A DNA stretch of 64,000 bases from Selaginella moellendorffii. Its lineage: Eukaryota; Plantae; Lycopodiophyta. Each line of letters starts with the position of its first letter. Position 1 is the stretch's first letter. The DNA lies in contig NW_003314407.1 of NCBI RefSeq assembly GCF_000143415.4, positions 1 through 64,000 of the forward strand. Direction: 5' to 3'. The translations under genes were made by a program, and so were the position numbers. The notes beneath the pieces were generated by a model that saw nothing but the letters and a program-made list of their open reading frames with translations, was not told where the DNA came from and made no database searches. Below are positions 49,901 through 60,481 of this stretch, one piece after another.

Positions 49901-52900
49901 AACCGAAGGGCATAACCAATGTTGGTTATGCTAGCTGGGAGTGGAGAATCAAGTGGGGGCTCGAGGGTGTTGCTGCTAGCAACCGTGATGCCATGGAGAG
50001 TCTAAAATATGGAATTGTCCATGTTAGACTGTATGGTAATTGAAAAGCTTGCAAAAAGAGAGGCCTTAGCAAGCTAAGGGATAGAGTTCCTTCAAGGTTC
50101 CCAAAGAAGATTCTAGGTAGCTTAGTACCTAGAAAGGCCAAGCATAAATGGTTCAAGGAACGCGCGAAATTAGAGTGGCGCAGCAGAAGTGTGGTCTTGA
50201 AGCTTGCCATGAGGCAAGGCTATCAAGGTTAGGGAAGTAGTTCTCGAGTGTTCAAAGAGAGGGCTTTGAACGAAAGTCGATGATCAAGGGCTTTCACGCT
50301 TGTGCAGGAACCATGTTACAGTGGTCGGAGGACTTGCCAAAGCGAGATTGGCAAATCAAGGGAACAAATACCCTAGTTGAAGGTGATAACTTCAAAAAGG
50401 GTGGGCCATGGGGCCAAGCATGGAGGAGTCCATGCATGATCACAAGCTTGTCAAGTGAGAGGACTTGGCAGTGGGGAGGAATTAGGTTCCTAAGCTGTGA
50501 TCAATAGCACGCTTTGAGTATAAGTTGGTGCACCGGCGTGGGGAGTCACGCCAGGCATCCTGGGTGATGCCGTCCGTAGATGCATATACGGAGGTTGGGT
50601 TCGAGTCCCAACCCTCTAGTGCTTGGGTTCGAGTCCCAAACCACTAGGGCGTGGTGATGATTTGGAATATGAGGACACTCATATTTTGGTGGTCATGGAC
50701 TCTCAGTGTGGAGACTGGTTTGGGCACACCGCCAAGCGAGGGATGCCTCGGAGTCGTGATGCACGGTTAGATTGCTTAGTGTGAAAGCTCGGCATATCTA
50801 ACTTGAACGCTTTGGTGCAAGTGGCACCAAGGACGTGGTGAGTGAGATGGGGACACCTAATCTCAGTTGCTATGAACCCTTGGCCGTAAGGGCTGGCTTG
50901 GGTGCACCGCCAAGTGTGGGGGATGCCCCCGGGGTTATAGTCAACAATTTGAAGGTCTAGAAGACCAAGTACCTCTTGGCAACTCTGTTAAGGTGCCAAG
51001 GTGAGATCACTAGGTGATCGTATGGCCAAATAAGAACAAGGTCCTTGGTTGGCTAAGGAATGAAGTTCTTGGTTCAAAAATGTTGAAATTGAACTGTTTA
51101 AGGTGGTGTGGCTTGGTCATGATGACCAAGTGGGAAGAGCACCTAAGTGAAATAAACTATGTTCGTGCGATGGCATAGTGAGTCCAAGGAAAGTAGTCTC
51201 TATAAGAGACCCATGGGAGGGTCACGAAGTTGGGCCGTGGATAGAGCCCATAGCAGGAGATGCTAAAGAGACGTACTAGGGGCGAACATCCTCCGGACTT
51301 GGCAAAGAAGAGTCTTTGCTATGGAACCGAAAGGATACCTCAAAAATGGAGGTAGCGATCCTATGTTGCTGGGTGTAACAATCAAGGATAGGAGCAAAGG
51401 ACTAGTGGCCAAATTTGGGCCATGGAATTTAATGGAAGGGATCCAAATGGCAAAGTTAGCCAAGGAACACTAATGTGTTTGATGCTAACGGGATGTGGGA
51501 AAGGAAGTGGACTTCCAAGGATGGATTCCTAAGTGCTCCAATTTGGCGAAGTAAAAGCTCATGGTGAGGGAGCGGCAAAGTAGCCAAAAAGATAGGGCCA
51601 TGGACAACCCTAGCACACAATATAATAACTGGAACTCAGTGCCCAAAGGTGGCATGAAATCGAACAGAGGATGATGGTGCCCTCAAGTGGAGAACTTCCT
51701 AGGATGAGGAAGTGGAGTTGCACAATATGTACAATGCAAGGTGTCGGAGACACCTAGGAAATTGATTTCGAGAAGTCAGAATTAAAAGTTCCAAAGTGCA
51801 AGGATTATAGCGCTGGAAAGTGAGACCACTTGAGAACGTGTAGTGGGATCGCGTTAGAGAAGGTGTCTCTAACAGGTTTAATGAGAACTAAACCAATAAA
51901 AGGAGAGAACCACCACAAGTGGTCAAATGAGCCTCTAAGTTGGAGAGGCTATGCTCCTTAGAGGATGGACAAGGCATGGTGAGCCTTTAGTGTCAAACCA
52001 TAGACCGATATTGGTTGGGTGCCAAGGATGGAAATGGTAACACATGCGGGTGTTACTTTATGAAAGGGTTTACCGTTCGATGAGGACATCGAACTTTGTC
52101 TATGGGTGGTGGAGTTGTGAGACACAAAATCCCTAGGCCCCAAAGTAGAGCCGGAGGGGTGCCACGTGGTAGTGGCTGAAGCGAAAGACAAACGAGCGTA
52201 ACACGTTTGGACTAAAAGCTCCGCCTTGAAAGGTCGAGAGCGGGAGTGGAACCCCTAACAAAGTGCTTGAGGAATGAGCACAAAGCGAGCCATAAGTGAG
52301 GCTCCAAAAAGGGACCCAAAAAGGACTAACACATGACACGTGGAAGTGTCCGAGATGGACCCGAGTTGGAGTCCGAAGTGGAGTCCGAGAAGGACCCCGA
52401 GATGGAGTCCGAGGTGGAGTCCGAGGTGGACCCGAGATGGATCCAAGATTGAGTCCGAGACGGACCCGAGATGGAGTCCGAGATGGACCTGAAATGGAGT
52501 CCGAGATGGACCCGAGATGGACCCGAGATGGAGTCCGAGATGGACCCGAGATAGACCCGAGATGGAGTCCGAGATGGACCCGAGATGGAGTCTGAGATGG
52601 AGTCCAAGATGGACTCGAGATGGAGTCTGAGATGGAGTCCGAGATGGACCCGAGATGGAGTCCGAAGTCGAGACCGAGACCGGGACCAAGACCGGGACCG
52701 AGACTGAGACCGAGATTGGGACCGAGACCAAGACCGAGGCCGAGGCCGAGACCGAGCCCGAGTCCGAGTCCGAGTCCGAGTCTGAGTCCGAGTCCGAGTC
52801 CGAGTCCGAGTCCGAGTCCGAGTCCGAGTCCGAGTCCGAGTCCGAGTCCGAGTCCGAGTCTGAGAGGGTGAAAGCCCAAAGCGTTCGTCTCCGAGACCCT

Positions 52901-55900
52901 GGGGGGTTTGGTGAGCTCCAAAAGTATAGTAGGGGGAGGACTGCAGTGGAGCCAGTTTGGCCAGGAAAGGCCAGTTTGGCCCAGGAAGGCCGGACCCAGT
53001 GTTGGGTGATGAGCTGCCCACTGGGAAGTCCAAGACTAGAGTGAACACGGACCGACAAACGGGGTAGCTTGGTGAAGTGTTCAAGAGCCGGCTCTAGTTC
53101 CCCCGGGAGATCGACTGGCCGATGCTCCCAGTCCAAGTGTGGGTGGCACTACCTACTTGGATACCTGTCGTGGCTCAATGGAACCTCGCTCTAAGCCCAT
53201 GGCTAGAGCACCTAAAAGCGAAAGGCGGGGAGAGTACCCAGGTGGCTCGCGTAAGGCCATGGTGTTTCGAAATGTTGTCCCAAAGGCCCAGACTGTGGAA
53301 AGGAAGAGGAGCAATCCTCTGGGGTAGTGACCAAGGACACAGTCGTGTGGTGAGGAAGTCCCAGAGGACCATGGGACTTAGTGGTCGAGCCTGTGGGCCT
53401 CGATCCAGTGGCAGTGTCGGCAAACACGGCCAGGGGCAGAAAGGGACTTAGTGGGGACTGACAGAGGGATATTGGGGAAGGGTATTCCCCTTGTCGGTGG
53501 GCATCCTAAGGATGCTAAAGAGTGGATCTGAGATGACCACTCACGGATGGGTTACCTAGTCTTGGAGAGCCAAGACTGGGATGCAAGTGGTATTGGACTA
53601 CCAGTGTGGCAAAGGTGATTGGGCATGGCCTTAGCGTAACAGGCTGCTATGTCGGTGGTACCTTTGAGTGTCGGTCGTGGGATCGGACACGTGGAGCACT
53701 TGGACCAAGTGCAAATGTTGAGTGGCATGGATGCCATTCTCGGGGCTAGCAAGTCCCAAGTCCTGAATTGGACTTATGGAGGTTGTGATTGAGACTCCTC
53801 CAAGTGGTCGGAGGTGTGGTTAAGTGACTAAAGTAGAATGGAAAATTTAGTCGCTTACAATTTGGTATCAGAGCCCAGTACTATTCAAACCCAAGGACGC
53901 TTAACCCCAAATATCCCAAGACTCTTAACCGATTGGAAAAAGGGGTGCACTCTTGTTCATGGGCCCTTTCCCTCTATATTTGAACCCCATGGATCGTCTT
54001 TCAAGTCGTTCCCTTTGGTTCCTTACATGAAGCTTCAAGGCCCACTAAACAGTGCGACCAACCAGGTTCTTCCTCTTTAATAATGAAGTAACGGCAGCAT
54101 GATCACCTTTTAGTAATGTTTTGAGAACCATGTAAATATGCATGAAGTTTTTAAAAACCCTAGATTGCTACTAAACACTCTTTCTTTATCGTGGAGTAGT
54201 TCACCTCCGTTGGTTGTAATGTATAGCTTATATATGCAATAGAATGGCACTAACCTGGGCTCTCTTGCATCAACACTCCTCAAAGACCAATATGAGAAGC
54301 ATTCACACGCAAAATGAAAGGTCAAGTGTGGTCAAGATATGCCAAAATTGGAGGAGTCATTAATAGCTTTTTGAGATCCAAAAATTCCTATTCATAATTC
54401 GGAGACCAGATGAAAGATGATATTGATGACTTCAGCAATGTTTGCAACAGTGTAGTGCAATAAAAAATATGATTCACAAAATGACCGAGATATTGCACCT
54501 TACCTAGGAAGCGCTGCACATCATTCACACACTTTAGAGTAGAGAACTTTAAAATACCCACAAGTTTGTCAGGATCAACTTGCAAATCCTCACGAGAAAT
54601 ACGGTACCCAAGATAAGTCATGTTCTTGAACCTAAATATGCACTTCAACTGCTTCAAGTAGAGGGACAAAAAAGTACGGAAGTGAGAGGAATCTATGAAA
54701 TATAAGGAAGTATGAGACAAGGGGGAGAAGCCTCAAAGTCACATTTCGTATAATTGCACTGCAACCAATCCATACTAAGGATGAAGTCAAAAGCTTGACT
54801 CGGCACCACCTGCAATGACTGCAACCCAAGCTCAAGATTGCCTACATGCACAATTAAGTCCACCTCATCCCATGCACATGCATGTGTATGGCCATTGCCA
54901 TAAAGAATGAAAATTGGCTCTGTTGCAAAATGTAAGTGTAAACAGCCACGTATGGTAATAAGTTGAGCAATAGAAGATAAATCAAGGGCCATCTAAGTCA
55001 GTGATGCAATTTGGTGTTTGTTTCCAAAGCCTTTTGCTTTGTGTGGAACTAGATATATCAAAGAGGATCAAGCTAGGAATGTTGTAGCCAGCACTTTGTC
55101 AAGATCTTGTTAGACTTGTGCATGTACTTACTCTAGCTACTCTTGACAATGCTCTTTGTTTGGCACAATGTTATGACATGTCGCCTCTCGCTGCACGTCC
55201 TTCAGCTCCACTTTTTATGGGTGATGGTTTTATTCTAATGGAGATTGATGCTAGTGCTACTCAAGTCCAAGGACAAAGGCGAGGACGTGGTCATGGCGTG
55301 ATGTTCACTGCTGGGCATATGATGAAGTTGGTCACACTTATCGGCATTGTCAATGTTTTCCAGATTGGCAGCCTCCATTTCCTGGGTGGAGACCTTGGCG
55401 TCAATAATGTCCTATTGGTGCTATTGCAGTGAAAGGTTTGGACACCGAGATGCATTCGGGAAACAAGGAGTCACACAAGTAATTGAGGGACCTTGCGCGA
55501 ATAAGCCAGTGACCCTTCCATTTTTCTTTCGAGAGTATCATAAAAGGGTTCACTCAGCACCAGTTCATCTAATATTTACTTTTTAAGCTTGTTTTTATAA
55601 CAAGAAGTCTTCTATTATTCTCTCCATATTGGTTGATATAAATTCGAGTGGAGATGATGCAATTGTTGGAAGGCGTCATCACAATTGTCAACATATCCGA
55701 ATGTGCGTTTGAAAACGTCTAGGAGAACACTCCAATTCCCACGAATGGTTGCACTTAAACCATTGTACCATTGCAGTGCCATCCCTTGGAGACATACAAG
55801 AAACTCACGCTAATGTCGAGCATCATCCCAAGAATGATATGTGGTAATCACCGTGAAGTGATCAAACCAATGGTATACATCATTCCTAGGATTCCCACGA

Positions 55901-56291
55901 AAGAACTCCAGCTAAACGCAAAAATTGGGCAAGAAGAGCTATACCACATGCCATGAATGTAGCCATCAACTAAGTTTGGTTGTGCAATTGCAAGAACATA
56001 GCACCAAACAATTGCATAGCATCAAACAATTGCACCAACTATTACTCTAGAGTCAAAGAAGGAGGAGATTATTGCTCTGCCATGAAGATGAATTGAAAGG
56101 AAAGAATAAAAGAAGAGAAATAAAGGAAAGTTAGAAGAAAAGGAAGATTTAGACAATGCAAAAGTTAAATTTAAACCAAAATCTTGAAAGGAAAAAACAA
56201 AAAAAAGGAAATGGAAAAAATTAGATCTAAACCAAAATCCCAAATTCAAGCACTCTTCAGGGGTAATCAAAGGTGCCCCTCACCTCCACCA
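47000..56291 (-). mobile_element. Decayed Ty3/Gypsy gag-pol, interrupted by 47872-54027
   Basis: KC.F....TYLGYRIS...VDPDK...VQRFLG (54388-54720); WALKLQIYDF.VIHPPG RNase H rejoins across the insert; possible tRNA-Ala PBS TGGTGGAG at 56284-56291. Confidence 0.75.
47872..54027 (+). mobile_element. Chimeric integrant: Cassandra LTR + large-family interior + large LTR + PBS + inverted Cassandra LTR
   Basis: Cassandra LTR 47872-48066; PBS 48070; interior to 52115; large LTR 52116-53859; TGGTATCAGAGCC 53863-53875; reversed Cassandra U3 to 54027; TSD TGAAG on both sides. Confidence 0.9.
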
Positions 56292-57129
56292 ATGTAAGTG
56301 CATGGAATATAGAAAGGGAATACAAAAAATGTGAATATCAATTAACCCAAAAACCTTAGCTTATATACAAGAGTGAATGGTCTGGATTGAAACTAATCCG
56401 ATGCCTACTAAAATCCCACTATGCTAATATTAGTATATGGCATCATAGCCTACACACACACGATATATAGGCAAATGCTTTGCTTCTATAGTCTAGAAAA
56501 ATTCTCAAATTGATTGTGGACAGAACAAACTATGAAGTTTTATTTACTCTTTTTCACACTGAGCTTTGGCTCCAAATACTTGCACATTGCTGTGTTCTTA
56601 ACCCATCCAAACATTCTGCATGCATACATCTTTTGATCCTCTTCTAGTTTCCTCATGTCTGCAATAGAATCTAGAGACACATTGACTAGGTCTTTCACTT
56701 GTCCAAACCTGGAGTACAAAAGATAACATCAAGTGATTGAAAATGAAACAGCACAAATGTACCTTGAATGGCCACAATGTGTAAAATACTGTTCCCATGA
56801 CTTGAATACCGGGTGTGATCTATCCCCATCATAGCCTTTTGTCCATCCCTGAAGACCTTAGCATTTTGGATGAGTGCCGTGGAGAGACTTTGCCATGGAA
56901 TGATTAATACTAAAGATCGCAGTTGGACAGAACATAGATGGAATAGTGCCTAAGGAAACTGTTTGAAGGCAGCTAAGAAAAGCTCTTTGCAATGCATTGA
57001 CTCACTAGAATGAACAAACCAAGCTAGGGGATCCTGGAAGTGCTACCTTGGAAGGATGCCATCGAGAATTTCCCTAATCCCTCCCTTCTCTCTAATCTCA
57101 TGAGAGGCTAGCTTTGTCGAGCGAAACTG

Positions 57130-57548
57130 ATGCTGTCCAAGTCCGAGTGTGTGGATCTCATCACTTCCGCAACCAATTCCTTGCAGGCAATCGATGCCCA
57201 TTCCCAGATTGAGATCACCCAAAAGCAAATGCTGCCTGGCAATTGCTGCTACCTCTCCAATCTCGTTATCATTTGGTATGGCAAGCTGGGCAAGATCCAG
57301 CACGCGCGAGCAGTGTTTGACTCCATGGAGCAATGCGATTGCCACTTGTGGGTCATTATGTTCTTGGCACACGCCCAAGAAGGGCATTTCGCCACTACCA
57401 AGGATCGAGGCAAGGTTACTGCTGCATGGTGGATTGCTTGGGGCGAGCTGGGTGTGTGGAAGAGGCCGAGGAACTTGTGAGGAGCATGCCTTATAAGCCA
57501 GTTTTAGTGGATTGGATGTGCTTGCTGGGAGCAAAGTCTAGAAATTGA
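57130..57548 (+). pseudogene. PPR fragment (copy C)
   Basis: Diverged copy of 15185-15603. Confidence 0.8.
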
Positions 57549-57805
57549 GGACAAAGATCTCATGGTGTTGTGCTAGAACAAGCTTTAAGTGTAGATTCTA
57601 GGAATTCTACTAGCAAATAGTAGCAATTTTGTTTGAAACTAGCGTGGGTGTAGATTCTGTGTCCTCGTGATTAAAGAGGGTATTCTTTGACAGATTATCA
57701 TGTATGATTAAAGAGAAAATTCTTTGCTCATTTCCAATGGTCTCTTGGTAGCCAGCTTTTGGACTATATAAATTTAGGGTTCTTGGAGGTCAGTGGCACC
57801 CATCC

Positions 57806-58565
57806 ATGGAGGAAGAGGTGCGAGCGGGAGGAGCGGTGGATTCTCTCAGTGATGGCACAGGGCTGCGCGGCAATCTCCAGTGCAGGCGGCCATGGCAGGA
57901 GCTCAGCAGCTCGCTGGGCGACCTGGGCACATTCATCCTGATCGTCATGGCTCTAGCTCTCATCAATGGCATGGATCTTGGTACATCTCTCATCGCCACA
58001 GGCATCTACAACATTCTCACTAGTGTGCTCTTTGGCGTGCCAATGCCTGTCCAGCCCACAAAATCCATCACAGTGGTGGCCTTCACCAAATCCAAGCATC
58101 TCTGTGTGGATGAGATCATGGCCGCGGGGATCACTGTGTCTGCGATCGTGTTTGTGCTTGGAGTCACGGGCTTGATCACAGGTCGTGGCTTGGATCGTGC
58201 CATTGCCAGTGGTTTGTGGCATCCAGCTTGTGCATGGGCTCCCTTTCGCGGTCAAGGCTGTCAAGTACGTGATGAAGGATCAAAATCTCTCTAGGGACAA
58301 GGCAATGGGTGATCGACCACAGCTGGGCTTGGATGGAATTCTCCTCACAGTGATTTGCTTTGCATTCATCATGCTGGTGAATGTATCCAGTGAGGGCTAC
58401 GAGTACTTCATGACGAACAGTGAAGGTGATCGTCATCACGATGATCATGAAGAGCACCGTGAAGAACATCAAGCAAGATTGTCAAAGCTTGTGAAGTTTT
58501 TCCAGAGGATCCTGACTGCCTTGGCAGTGTTCGTGCTCAGGATCATCCTGGCGTTCATGAGGAGG
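57806..58565 (+). pseudogene. MOT1-like pseudogene copy C (retains ATG and N-terminus, truncated by LINE)
   Basis: MEEEVRAGG...GDLGTFIL...PMPVQP, then a frameshift; sequence switches to LINE at ~58566. Confidence 0.85.
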
Positions 58566-59833
58566 ATCATTCTGGGAGCAAGACAGGAGCATTGGGATCA
58601 GTCCCATCTTGTTTTGCACGAGGGTGTCATGTATTAGCTTGATCGTCACTGAGTCTCGCAGCGTTGCTCTCGTGATTGAATGCTGGACTGCTGTCCCTTT
58701 GTTCCTTTGAAGCTTGATCACACAATGGAGGGGGTTGTGATCTGAGAAGGAGGTGAAAGCGAGCCATGTTTTAAGGCTTCCACCATCGTGCCGTATGCGA
58801 GTTGAGGCATAAATCTAGTCCAGTCTCAACTGGGAGGTCATTGTCTGCCACCTCATAAAGGGGTGAGCATGAGGTGCAAACCCCACTGCATGTTGGAGGT
58901 GCATGATCCCTCATGTGTCCATGAGCTGACTTCACTGCTCCCGCTTGCGTAGTTGAATTGTTTCCTGCATTCCCCTACGATCGCAAATGTCCTCAACTAT
59001 ATTGAAGTCTCCTAGGACCAGCCATTCATCTGCTTGCCCTTGGGCAGATTGTGACATGCTCAACTAGAATTCTGCACGTCTTCCTTTCTTAGTTGGTGCA
59101 TAGACATTAATTATCCCCCCTTCCAAAGTGGAGATGAAGGACAAACAGCTGAGCCTTTCCTGGAACCAGGACAATGAGTAGACCATTTGGTTAAGACTAT
59201 CACTACTGTGCCACCTCTTGATTTGGGCACTGCTTGCGTGGCCAGGTTCCACCAGAGCCATCCCCTCATACCAAAGGTGTAGTCTAGGGCCTCGGTCATT
59301 TTGTGCTCTTGGAGATACATGATGCCGATGCCTCCTTCTAAGTTGATCTCATGGATGTGGGACTTGAGCTGCGCCCTTTTGTTGAGTCGATTGCCGGTCC
59401 AGCTGAGTCCTCGATAGTTCCAAGTGACGATTGTGAGTGTTGTCATGGAGCCATATACTTCCAAGAAAGTGAGGTGTTCCGGGGTTTTGCCCTCCATTCT
59501 GTGGAGATGGTCGACACCACAGTCATCTCCCCCCTATACTTTGTCCAGAAGAAGCCTCAGATAGTGTATTTCACAAAGCCTATTCACTCAGTGATGGCAC
59601 TCTCTATGTGTGTCTGGTAGTCGCCAATGGTAACGACCTCTGGGAAGGCTGTGCTCCCATGGCACATCAGCCAGTCTCCCGCCTCAGTGGGACTTAATTC
59701 CCATTTAGGCGGAATCCACTTGACCGCCATTCCTACTATTAGAGGGAGGACCGGCTGGAAGCCATCCCCTTTGGCATCTGTGATAGGTCCCTCGAATAGT
59801 TGGGGCTATGAGAAAGAACCCAAGAGTGGTGGG
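58566..59833 (-). mobile_element. Decayed LINE fragment, APE endonuclease region
   Basis: TIVTWNYRGL, YLQEHK, IINVYAPT and WLVLGDFN motifs. Confidence 0.8.
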
Positions 59834-60481
59834 TGTAAGCAACCAAAGGGAACGACTCGAGAAACGATCAATGGGGTTCAAATATAGAGGGAAAGGGCCC
59901 ATGAACAAGAGTGCACCCCCTTTTCCAATCGGTTAAGGGTCTTGGGATAGTTGGGGTTAAGCGTCCTTGGGTTTGAATAGTACTGGGTTGGGTGACCTCC
60001 CGGGAAGTCCAAACTCAGGAGCTTACATTTGGTATCAGAGAGGTCTCGGGTCCGACTCTGTTGGTTGGCTAGGCGAATCACACCACATGTTGATTGACAT
60101 CTGGCTGGTCCAGTTTGCTCCCACTGGGCTCGACCCGAGGGGTAGGGTGTCAAGAGAGCGAGGCTCTCGGGAGAGCTGCGGCTCTCAGCTTCCGTTCACG
60201 AGGGCGTGAACTTGCAGGGAAGCGTGGTGGATTGTAAGCAACCAAAGAGAACGACTTGAGAGACGATCCATGGGGTTCAAATATAGAGGGAAAGGGCCCA
60301 TGAACAAGAGTGCACCCCCTTTTCCAATCGGTTAAGGGTCTTGGGATAGTTGGGGTTAAGCGTCCTTGGGTTTGAATAGTACTGGGTTGGGTGACCTCCC
60401 GGGAAGTCCAAACTCAGGAGCTTACATTTGGTATCAGAGAGGTCTCGGGTCCGACTCTGTTGGTTGGCTAGGGGAATCACA
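59834..60481 (+). mobile_element. Cassandra TRIM, LTR-int-LTR plus start of a second internal unit (tandem)
   Basis: 194-bp LTRs 59834-60027 and 60233-60426; PBS TGGTATCAGAG after both; 205-bp non-coding interior; 5S-like segment in each LTR. Confidence 0.92.
59956..60010 (+). promoter_or_regulatory. 5S rRNA-derived Pol III internal promoter (A box to C box) in Cassandra LTR
   Basis: GTTAAGCGTCCTTGGG..AGTACTGGGTTGGGTGACCTCCCGGGAAGTCC compared with plant 5S GTTAAGCGTGCTTGGG..AGTACTAGGATGGGTGACCTCCTGGGAAGTCC (recalled, not aligned). Confidence 0.85.

Noticed and set aside
59956-60010. 5S rRNA gene
   Set aside because: Only the A-box to C-box part matches and it lies inside TG..CA LTRs, so it is Cassandra, not rDNA.
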